Source: Auanema rhodensis | Taxonomy: Eukaryota > Animalia > Nematoda | NCBI GenBank assembly: GCA_964057225.1 | Contig: OZ059898.1 | Coordinates: 558,001-622,000 of the forward strand | Direction of reading: 5' to 3' | DNA length: 64,000 bases | Shown: positions 1 to 11,400 of the stretch, piece by piece | Layout: every line of letters starts with the position of its first letter | How positions within the stretch are numbered: position 1 is the stretch's first letter | Program-made: the position numbers and the translations under genes | Notes under the pieces: generated by a model | Databases searched by the model: none | What the model was told of the DNA's origin: nothing | What the model saw: only the letters and a program-made list of their open reading frames with translations

Positions 1-28
1 ATGTTGAGTGTACATGGAAACTCAACAT
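1..28. other. Inverted repeat IR1 in every monomer (9-bp arms, 10-nt loop)
   Basis: ATGTTGAGT (1-9) is the exact reverse complement of ACTCAACAT (20-28). Confidence 0.92.
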
Positions 29-111
29 ACACTAATGCATCATTTTTCAAACGATCATAACTAATTTTTGTATTAAGCGTTTCTCAATGTAGTATAGTGC
101 ATTCGATGCGG

Positions 112-162
112 ATTTTTAAGCTGCGTCGATCTGTGTTATCAGATTTGCGCTAGCTTAAAAAT
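112..162. other. Long imperfect inverted repeat IR2 in every monomer
   Basis: ATTTTTAAGCT (112-122) pairs perfectly with AGCTTAAAAAT (152-162). Inside it, GCG (123-125) pairs with CGC (148-150) and ATCTG (129-133) pairs with CAGAT (140-144) around a 6-nt loop TGTTAT. Confidence 0.92.
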
Positions 163-179
163 GCACCGAGATATCAACT

Positions 180-201
180 GATATAAGTTCACACTTATAT
201 C
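180..201. other. Inverted repeat IR3 in every monomer (9-bp arms, 4-nt loop)
   Basis: GATATAAGT (180-188), loop TCAC, ACTTATATC (193-201). It is flanked further out by CGAG (167-170) / CTCG (202-205). Confidence 0.92.
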
Positions 202-275
202 CTCGATTTTCACCCTGAAGAATTAATTTTTTCGTTGAATAACATTGTCCATCGTCTTTGCCTTGAAAAAAGGAA

Positions 276-347
276 TCTAAAAACATCTACTTTTTGCTAA
301 ATTATTTTGAAATTTTTCGAAAAAATTTTTGTCAAAATGTTTTTGGA
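276..347. other. A/T-tract-rich nested palindromic segment IR4 in every monomer
   Basis: TTTTTCGAAAAA (313-324) and AAAAATTTTT (321-330) are perfect palindromes. ATTTTGA (304-310) pairs with TCAAAAT (332-338). TCTAAAAACAT (276-286) pairs with ATGTTTTTGGA (337-347) at 10 of 11 positions. Confidence 0.85.
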
Positions 348-3300
348 AGCAATGTTGAGTGTACATGGAAACTCAACATACACTAATGCATCATTTTTCA
401 AACGATCATAACTAATTTTTGTATTAAGCGTTTCTCAATGTAGTATAGTGCATTCGATGCGGATTTTTAAGCTGCGTCGATCTGTGTTATCAGATTTGCG
501 CTAGCTTAAAAATGCACCGAGATATCAACTGATATAAGTTCACACTTATATCCTCGATTTTCACCCTGAAGAATTAATTTTTTCGTTGAATAACATTGTC
601 CATCGTCTTTGCCTTGAAAAAAGGAATCTAAAAACATCTACTTGTTGCTAAATTATTTTGAAATTTTTCGAAAAAATTTTTGTCAAAATGTTTTTGGAAG
701 CAATGTTGAGTGTACATGGAAACTCAACATACACTAATGCATTATTTTTCAAACGATCATAACTAATTTTTGTATTAAGCGTTTCTCAATGTAGTATAGT
801 GCATTCGATGCGGATTTTTAAGCTGCGTCGATCTGTGTTATCAGATTTGCGCTAGCTTAAAAATGCACCGAGATATCAACTGATATAAGTTCACACTTAT
901 ATCCTCGATTTTCACCCTGAAGAATTAATTTTTTCGTTGAATAACATTGTCCATCGTCTTTGCCTTGAAAAAAGGAATCTAAAAACATCTACTTGTTGCT
1001 AAATTATTTTGAAATTTTTCGAAAAAATTTTTGTCAAAATGTTTTTGGAAGCAATGTTGAGTGTACATGGAAACTCAACATACACTAATGCATTATTTTT
1101 CAAACGATCATAACTAATTTTTGTATTAAGCGTTTCTCAATGTAGTATAGTGCATTCGATGCGGATTTTTAAGCTGCGTCGATCTGTGTTATCAGATTTG
1201 CGCTAGCTTAAAAATGCACCGAGATATCAACTGATATAAGTTCACACTTATATCCTCGATTTTCACCCTGAAGAATTAATTTTTTCGTTGAATAACATTG
1301 TCCATAGTCTTTGCCTTGAAAAAAGGAATCTAAAAACATCTACTTTTTGCTAAATTATTTTGAAATTTTTCGAAAAAATTTTTGTCAAAATGTTTTTGGA
1401 AGCAATGTTGAGTGTACATGGAAACTCAACATACACTAATGCATCATTTTTCAAACGATCATAACTAATTTTTGTATTAAGCGTTTCTCAATGTAGTATA
1501 GTGCATTCGATGCGGATTTTTAAGCTGCGTCGATCTGTGTTATCAGATTTGCGCTAGCTTAAAAATGCACCGAGATATCAACTGATATAAGTTCACACTT
1601 ATATCCTCGATTTTCACCCTGAAGAATTAATTTTTTCGTTGAATAACATTGTCCATCGTCTTTGCCTTGAAAAAAGGAATCTAAAAACATCTACTTGTTG
1701 CTAAATTATTTTGAAATTTTTCGAAAAAATTTTTGTCAAAATGTTTTTGGAAGCAATGTTGAGTGTACATGGAAACTCAACATACACTAATGCATTATTT
1801 TTCAAACGATCATAACTAATTTTTGTATTAAGCGTTTCTCAATGTAGTATAGTGCATTCGATGCGGATTTTTAAGCTGCGTCGATCTGTGTTATCAGATT
1901 TGCGCTAGCTTAAAAATGCACCGAGATATCAACTGATATAAGTTCACACTTATATCCTCGATTTTCACCCTGAAGAATTAATTTTTTCGTTGAATAACAT
2001 TGTCCATCGTCTTTGCCTTGAAAAAAGGAATCTAAAAACATCTACTTTTTGCTAAATTATTTTGAAATTTTTCGAAAAAATTTTTGTCAAAATGTTTTTG
2101 GAAGCAATGTTGAGTGTACATGGAAACTCAACATACACTAATGCATCATTTTTCAAACGATCATAACTAATTTTTGTATTAAGCGTTTCTCAATGTAGTA
2201 TAGTGCATTCGATGCGGATTTTTAAGCTGCGTCGATCTGTGTTATCAGATTTGCGCTAGCTTAAAAATGCACCGAGATATCAACTGATATAAGTTCACAC
2301 TTATATCCTCGATTTTCACCCTGAAGAATTAATTTTTTCGTTGAATAACATTGTCCATCGTCTTTGCCTTGAAAAAAGGAATCTAAAAACATCTACTTTT
2401 TGCTAAATTATTTTGAAATTTTTCGAAAAAATTTTTGTCAAAATGTTTTTGGAAGCAATGTTGAGTGTACATGGAAACTCAACATACACTAATGCATCAT
2501 TTTTCAAACGATCATAACTAATTTTTGTATTAAGCGTTTCTCAATGTAGTATAGTGCATTCGATGCGGATTTTTAAGCTGCGTCGATCTGTGTTATCAGA
2601 TTTGCGCTAGCTTAAAAATGCACCGAGATATCAACTGATATAAGTTCACACTTATATCCTCGATTTTCACCCTGAAGAATTAATTTTTTCGTTGAATAAC
2701 ATTGTCCATCGTCTTTGCCTTGAAAAAAGGAATCTAAAAACATCTACTTGTTGCTAAATTATTTTGAAATTTTTCGAAAAAATTTTTGTCAAAATGTTTT
2801 TGGAAGCAATGTTGAGTGTACATGGAAACTCAACATACACTAATGCATTATTTTTCAAACGATCATAACTAATTTTTGTATTAAGCGTTTCTCAATGTAG
2901 TATAGTGCATTCGATGCGGATTTTTAAGCTGCGTCGATCTGTGTTATCAGATTTGCGCTAGCTTAAAAATGCACCGAGATATCAACTGATATAAGTTCAC
3001 ACTTATATCCTCGATTTTCACCCTGAAGAATTAATTTTTTCGTTGAATAACATTGTCCATCGTCTTTGCCTTGAAAAAAGGAATCTAAAAACATCTACTT
3101 TTTGCTAAATTATTTTGAAATTTTTCGAAAAAATTTTTGTCAAAATGTTTTTGGAAGCAATGTTGAGTGTACATGGAAACTCAACATACACTAATGCATC
3201 ATTTTTCAAACGATCATAACTAATTTTTGTATTAAGCGTTTCTCAATGTAGTATAGTGCATTCGATGCGGATTTTTAAGCTGCGTCGATCTGTGTTATCA

Positions 3301-6300
3301 GATTTGCGCTAGCTTAAAAATGCACCGAGATATCAACTGATATAAGTTCACACTTATATCCTCGATTTTCACCCTGAAGAATTAATTTTTTCGTTGAATA
3401 ACATTGTCCATCGTCTTTGCCTTGAAAAAAGGAATCTAAAAACATCTACTTTTTGCTAAATTATTTTGAAATTTTTCGAAAAAATTTTTGTCAAAATGTT
3501 TTTGGAAGCAATGTTGAGTGTACATGGAAACTCAACATACACTAATGCATCATTTTTCAAACGATCATAACTAATTTTTGTATTAAGCGTTTCTCAATGT
3601 AGTATAGTGCATTCGATGCGGATTTTTAAGCTGCGTCGATCTGTGTTATCAGATTTGCGCTAGCTTAAAAATGCACCGAGATATCAACTGATATAAGTTC
3701 ACACTTATATCCTCGATTTTCACCCTGAAGAATTAATTTTTTCGTTGAATAACATTGTCCATCGTCTTTGCCTTGAAAAAAGGAATCTAAAAACATCTAC
3801 TTTTTGCTAAATTATTTTGAAATTTTTCGAAAAAATTTTTGTCAAAATGTTTTTGGAAGCAATGTTGAGTGTACATGGAAACTCAACATACACTAATGCA
3901 TCATTTTTCAAACGATCATAACTAATTTTTGTATTAAGCGTTTCTCAATGTAGTATAGTGCATTCGATGCGGATTTTTAAGCTGCGTCGATCTGTGTTAT
4001 CAGATTTGCGCTAGCTTAAAAATGCACCGAGATATCAACTGATATAAGTTCACACTTATATCCTCGATTTTCACCCTGAAGAATTAATTTTTTCGTTGAA
4101 TAACATTGTCCATCGTCTTTGCCTTGAAAAAAGGAATCTAAAAACATCTACTTTTTGCTAAATTATTTTGAAATTTTTCGAAAAAATTTTTGTCAAAATG
4201 TTTTTGGAAGCAATGTTGAGTGTACATGGAAACTCAACATACACTAATGCATCATTTTTCAAACGATCATAACTAATTTTTGTATTAAGCGTTTCTCAAT
4301 GTAGTATAGTGCATTCGATGCGGATTTTTAAGCTGCGTCGATCTGTGTTATCAGATTTGCGCTAGCTTAAAAATGCACCGAGATATCAACTGATATAAGT
4401 TCACACTTATATCCTCGATTTTCACCCTGAAGAATTAATTTTTTCGTTGAATAACATTGTCCATCGTCTTTGCCTTGAAAAAAGGAATCTAAAAACATCT
4501 ACTTGTTGCTAAATTATTTTGAAATTTTTCGAAAAAATTTTTGTCAAAATGTTTTTGGAAGCAATGTTGAGTGTACATGGAAACTCAACATACACTAATG
4601 CATTATTTTTCAAACGATCATAACTAATTTTTGTATTAAGCGTTTCTCAATGTAGTATAGTGCATTCGATGCGGATTTTTAAGCTGCGTCGATCTGTGTT
4701 ATCAGATTTGCGCTAGCTTAAAAATGCACCGAGATATCAACTGATATAAGTTCACACTTATATCCTCGATTTTCACCCTGAAGAATTAATTTTTTCGTTG
4801 AATAACATTGTCCATCGTCTTTGCCTTGAAAAAAGGAATCTAAAAACATCTACTTTTTGCTAAATTATTTTGAAATTTTTCGAAAAAATTTTTGTCAAAA
4901 TGTTTTTGGAAGCAATGTTGAGTGTACATGGAAACTCAACATACACTAATGCATCATTTTTCAAACGATCATAACTAATTTTTGTATTAAGCGTTTCTCA
5001 ATGTAGTATAGTGCATTCGATGCGGATTTTTAAGCTGCGTCGATCTGTGTTATCAGATTTGCGCTAGCTTAAAAATGCACCGAGATATCAACTGATATAA
5101 GTTCACACTTATATCCTCGATTTTCACCCTGAAGAATTAATTTTTTCGTTGAATAACATTGTCCATCGTCTTTGCCTTGAAAAAAGGAATCTAAAAACAT
5201 CTACTTTTTGCTAAATTATTTTGAAATTTTTCGAAAAAATTTTTGTCAAAATGTTTTTGGAAGCAATGTTGAGTGTACATGGAAACTCAACATACACTAA
5301 TGCATCATTTTTCAAACGATCATAACTAATTTTTGTATTAAGCGTTTCTCAATGTAGTATAGTGCATTCGATGCGGATTTTTAAGCTGCGTCGATCTGTG
5401 TTATCAGATTTGCGCTAGCTTAAAAATGCACCGAGATATCAACTGATATAAGTTCACACTTATATCCTCGATTTTCACCCTGAAGAATTAATTTTTTCGT
5501 TGAATAACATTGTCCATCGTCTTTGCCTTGAAAAAAGGAATCTAAAAACATCTACTTTTTGCTAAATTATTTTGAAATTTTTCGAAAAAATTTTTGTCAA
5601 AATGTTTTTGGAAGCAATGTTGAGTGTACATGGAAACTCAACATACACTAATGCATCATTTTTCAAACGATCATAACTAATTTTTGTATTAAGCGTTTCT
5701 CAATGTAGTATAGTGCATTCGATGCGGATTTTTAAGCTGCGTCGATCTGTGTTATCAGATTTGCGCTAGCTTAAAAATGCACCGAGATATCAACTGATAT
5801 AAGTTCACACTTATATCCTCGATTTTCACCCTGAAGAATTAATTTTTTCGTTGAATAACATTGTCCATCGTCTTTGCCTTGAAAAAAGGAATCTAAAAAC
5901 ATCTACTTTTTGCTAAATTATTTTGAAATTTTTCGAAAAAATTTTTGTCAAAATGTTTTTGGAAGCAATGTTGAGTGTACATGGAAACTCAACATACACT
6001 AATGCATCATTTTTCAAACGATCATAACTAATTTTTGTATTAAGCGTTTCTCAATGTAGTATAGTGCATTCGATGCGGATTTTTAAGCTGCGTCGATCTG
6101 TGTTATCAGATTTGCGCTAGCTTAAAAATGCACCGAGATATCAACTGATATAAGTTCACACTTATATCCTCGATTTTCACCCTGAAGAATTAATTTTTTC
6201 GTTGAATAACATTGTCCATCGTCTTTGCCTTGAAAAAAGGAATCTAAAAACATCTACTTTTTGCTAAATTATTTTGAAATTTTTCGAAAAAATTTTTGTC

Positions 6301-8424
6301 AAAATGTTTTTGGAAGCAATGTTGAGTGTACATGGAAACTCAACATACACTAATGCATCATTTTTCAAACGATCATAACTAATTTTTGTATTAAGCGTTT
6401 CTCAATGTAGTATAGTGCATTCGATGCGGATTTTTAAGCTGCGTCGATCTGTGTTATCAGATTTGCGCTAGCTTAAAAATGCACCGAGATATCAACTGAT
6501 ATAAGTTCACACTTATATCCTCGATTTTCACCCTGAAGAATTAATTTTTTCGTTGAATAACATTGTCCATCGTCTTTGCCTTGAAAAAAGGAATCTAAAA
6601 ACATCTACTTGTTGCTAAATTATTTTGAAATTTTTCGAAAAAATTTTTGTCAAAATGTTTTTGGAAGCAATGTTGAGTGTACATGGAAACTCAACATACA
6701 CTAATGCATTATTTTTCAAACGATCATAACTAATTTTTGTATTAAGCGTTTCTCAATGTAGTATAGTGCATTCGATGCGGATTTTTAAGCTGCGTCGATC
6801 TGTGTTATCAGATTTGCGCTAGCTTAAAAATGCACCGAGATATCAACTGATATAAGTTCACACTTATATCCTCGATTTTCACCCTGAAGAATTAATTTTT
6901 TCGTTGAATAACATTGTCCATCGTCTTTGCCTTGAAAAAAGGAATCTAAAAACATCTACTTTTTGCTAAATTATTTTGAAATTTTTCGAAAAAATTTTTG
7001 TCAAAATGTTTTTGGAAGCAATGTTGAGTGTACATGGAAACTCAACATACACTAATGCATCATTTTTCAAACGATCATAACTAATTTTTGTATTAAGCGT
7101 TTCTCAATGTAGTATAGTGCATTCGATGCGGATTTTTAAGCTGCGTCGATCTGTGTTATCAGATTTGCGCTAGCTTAAAAATGCACCGAGATATCAACTG
7201 ATATAAGTTCACACTTATATCCTCGATTTTCACCCTGAAGAATTAATTTTTTCGTTGAATAACATTGTCCATCGTCTTTGCCTTGAAAAAAGGAATCTAA
7301 AAACATCTACTTTTTGCTAAATTATTTTGAAATTTTTCGAAAAAATTTTTGTCAAAATGTTTTTGGAAGCAATGTTGAGTGTACATGGAAACTCAACATA
7401 CACTAATGCATCATTTTTCAAACGATCATAACTAATTTTTGTATTAAGCGTTTCTCAATGTAGTATAGTGCATTCGATGCGGATTTTTAAGCTGCGTCGA
7501 TCTGTGTTATCAGATTTGCGCTAGCTTAAAAATGCACCGAGATATCAACTGATATAAGTTCACACTTATATCCTCGATTTTCACCCTGAAGAATTAATTT
7601 TTTCGTTGAATAACATTGTCCATCGTCTTTGCCTTGAAAAAAGGAATCTAAAAACATCTACTTTTTGCTAAATTATTTTGAAATTTTTCGAAAAAATTTT
7701 TGTCAAAATGTTTTTGGAAGCAATGTTGAGTGTACATGGAAACTCAACATACACTAATGCATCATTTTTCAAACGATCATAACTAATTTTTGTATTAAGC
7801 GTTTCTCAATGTAGTATAGTGCATTCGATGCGGATTTTTAAGCTGCGTCGATCTGTGTTATCAGATTTGCGCTAGCTTAAAAATGCACCGAGATATCAAC
7901 TGATATAAGTTCACACTTATATCCTCGATTTTCACCCTGAAGAATTAATTTTTTCGTTGAATAACATTGTCCATCGTCTTTGCCTTGAAAAAAGGAATCT
8001 AAAAACATCTACTTTTTGCTAAATTATTTTGAAATTTTTCGAAAAAATTTTTGTCAAAATGTTTTTGGAAGCAATGTTGAGTGTACATGGAAACTCAACA
8101 TACACTAATGCATCATTTTTCAAACGATCATAACTAATTTTTGTATTAAGCGTTTCTCAATGTAGTATAGTGCATTCGATGCGGATTTTTAAGCTGCGTC
8201 GATCTGTGTTATCAGATTTGCGCTAGCTTAAAAATGCACCGAGATATCAACTGATATAAGTTCACACTTATATCCTCGATTTTCACCCTGAAGAATTAAT
8301 TTTTTCGTTGAATAACATTGTCCATCGTCTTTGCCTTGAAAAAAGGAATCTAAAAACATCTACTTTTTGCTAAATTATTTTGAAATTTTTCGAAAAAATT
8401 TTTGTCAAAATGTTTTTGGAAGCA

Positions 8425-11400
8425 ATGTTGAGTGTACATGGAAACTCAACATACACTAATGCATCATTTTTCAAACGATCATAACTAATTTTTGTATTAA
8501 GCGTTTCTCAATGTAGTATAGTGCATTCGATGCGGATTTTTAAGCTGCGTCGATCTGTGTTATCAGATTTGCGCTAGCTTAAAAATGCACCGAGATATCA
8601 ACTGATATAAGTTCACACTTATATCCTCGATTTTCACCCTGAAGAATTAATTTTTTCGTTGAATAACATTGTCCATCGTCTTTGCCTTGAAAAAAGGAAT
8701 CTAAAAACATCTACTTGTTGCTAAATTATTTTGAAATTTTTCGAAAAAATTTTTGTCAAAATGTTTTTGGAAGCAATGTTGAGTGTACATGGAAACTCAA
8801 CATACACTAATGCATTATTTTTCAAACGATCATAACTAATTTTTGTATTAAGCGTTTCTCAATGTAGTATAGTGCATTCGATGCGGATTTTTAAGCTGCG
8901 TCGATCTGTGTTATCAGATTTGCGCTAGCTTAAAAATGCACCGAGATATCAACTGATATAAGTTCACACTTATATCCTCGATTTTCACCCTGAAGAATTA
9001 ATTTTTTCGTTGAATAACATTGTCCATCGTCTTTGCCTTGAAAAAAGGAATCTAAAAACATCTACTTGTTGCTAAATTATTTTGAAATTTTTCGAAAAAA
9101 TTTTTGTCAAAATGTTTTTGGAAGCAATGTTGAGTGTACATGGAAACTCAACATACACTAATGCATTATTTTTCAAACGATCATAACTAATTTTTGTATT
9201 AAGCGTTTCTCAATGTAGTATAGTGCATTCGATGCGGATTTTTAAGCTGCGTCGATCTGTGTTATCAGATTTGCGCTAGCTTAAAAATCCACCGAGATAT
9301 CAACTGATATAAGTTCACACTTATATCCTCGATTTTCACCCTGAAGAATTAATTTTTTCGTTGAATAACATTGTCCATCGTCTTTGCCTTGAAAAAAGAA
9401 ATTTAAAAACATCTACTTTTTGCTAAATTATTTTGAAATTTTTCGAAAAAATTTTTGTCAAAATGTTTTTGGAAGCAATGTTGAGTGTACATGGAAACTC
9501 AACATACACTAATGCATCATTTTTCAAACGATCATAACTAATTTTTGTATTAAGCGTTTCTCAATGTAGTATAGTGCATTCGATGCGGATTTTTAAGCTG
9601 CGTCGATCTGTGTTATCAGATTTGCGCTAGCTTAAAAATCCACCGAGATATCAACTGATATAAGTTCACACTTATATCCTCGATTTTCACCCTGAAGAAT
9701 TAATTTTTTCGTTGAATAACATTGTCCATCGTCTTTGCCTTGAAAAAAGGAATCTAAAAACATCTACTTTTTGCTAAATTATTTTGAAATTTTTCGAAAA
9801 AATTTTTGTCAAAATGTTTTTGGAAGCAATGTTAAGTGTACATGGAAACTCAACATACACTAATGCATCATTTTTCAAACGATCATAACTAATTTTTGTA
9901 TTAAGCGTTTCTCAATGTAGTATAGTGCATTCGATGCGGATTTTTAAGCTGCGTCGATCTGTGTTATCAGATTTGCGCTAGCTTAAAAATGCACCGAGAT
10001 ATCAACTGATATAAGTTCACACTTATATCCTCGATTTTCACCCTGAAGAATTAATTTTTTCGTTGAATAACATTGTCCATCGTCTTTGCCTTGAAAAAAG
10101 GAATCTAAAAACATCTACTTGTTGCTAAATTATTTTGAAATTTTTCGAAAAAATTTTTGTCAAAATGTTTTTGGAAGCAATGTTGAGTGTACATGGAAAC
10201 TCAACATACACTAATGCATTATTTTTCAAACGATCATAACTAATTTTTGTATTAAGCGTTTCTCAATGTAGTATAGTGCATTCGATGCGGATTTTTAAGC
10301 TGCGTCGATCTGTGTTATCAGATTTGCGCTAGCTTAAAAATGCACCGAGATATCAACTGATATAAGTTCACACTTATATCCTCGATTTTCACCCTGAAGA
10401 ATTAATTTTTTCGTTGAATAACATTGTCCATCGTCTTTGCCTTGAAAAAAGGAATCTAAAAACATCTACTTGTTGCTAAATTATTTTGAAATTTTTCGAA
10501 AAAATTTTTGTCAAAATGTTTTTGGAAGCAATGTTGAGTGTACATGGAAACTCAACATACACTAATGCATTATTTTTCAAACGATCATAACTAATTTTTG
10601 TATTAAGCGTTTCTCAATGTAGTATAGTGCATTCGATGCGGATTTTTAAGCTGCGTCGATCTGTGTTATCAGATTTGCGCTAGCTTAAAAATCCACCGAG
10701 ATATCAACTGATATAAGTTCACACTTATATCCTCGATTTTCACCCTGAAGAATTAATTTTTTCGTTGAATAACATTGTCCATCGTCTTTGCCTTGAAAAA
10801 AGAAATTTAAAAACATCTACTTTTTGCTAAATTATTTTGAAATTTTTCGAAAAAATTTTTGTCAAAATGTTTTTGGAAGCAATGTTGAGTGTACATGGAA
10901 ACTCAACATACACTAATGCATCATTTTTCAAACGATCATAACTAATTTTTGTATTAAGCGTTTCTCAATGTAGTATAGTGCATTCGATGCGGATTTTTAA
11001 GCTGCGTCGATCTGTGTTATCAGATTTGCGCTAGCTTAAAAATCCACCGAGATATCAACTGATATAAGTTCACACTTATATCCTCGATTTTCACCCTGAA
11101 GAATTAATTTTTTCGTTGAATAACATTGTCCATCGTCTTTGCCTTGAAAAAAGGAATTTAAAAACATCTACTTTTTGCTAAATTATTTTGAAATTTTTCG
11201 AAAAAATTTTTGTCAAAATGTTTTTGGAAGCAATGTTGAGTGTACATGGAAACTCAACATACACTAATGCATCATTTTTCAAACGATCATAACTAATTTT
11301 TGTATTAAGCGTTTCTCAATGTAGTATAGTGCATTCGATGCGGATTTTTAAGCTGCGTCGATCTGTGTTATCAGATTTGCGCTAGCTTAAAAATCCACCG

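Larger units (their letters stand above)
1..351 (+). repeat. Consensus-type 351-bp monomer (representative copy; phase is arbitrary)
   Basis: This copy is identical to many later copies (e.g. 3511-3861, 7021-7371, 60031-60381). Hand count: 110 G+C of 351 (57 C, 53 G) and 12 CpG. Confidence 0.97.

Noticed and set aside
129-154. Helitron 3' terminus (hairpin + CTAG)
   Set aside because: The stem is short and not GC-rich, CTAG is followed by C rather than the target T, and the CTAG overlaps the IR2 arm. This is not enough to annotate as a mobile element.
180-210. Rho-independent terminators or bacterial promoters
   Set aside because: The stems are AT-rich, there are no genes to regulate, and the context is a eukaryotic-type satellite.
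230-246. CENP-B box-like motif TTTCGTTGAATAACATT
   Set aside because: It matches TTCG and the central A of NTTCGNNNNANNCGGGN but lacks CGGG entirely (5 of 9 essential bases).
1-351. Tandem 5S rRNA, tRNA, snRNA or spliced-leader gene cluster
   Set aside because: I see no recognisable 5S, tRNA cloverleaf/A-B box or spliced-leader sequence on either strand. An Infernal/Rfam scan would be the decisive test.
1-351. Monomer as an ancient dimer of about 175 bp
   Set aside because: I see no convincing similarity between the halves by eye. There are only short echoes such as CAATGT at 85 and 350, which are expected by chance in AT-rich DNA.
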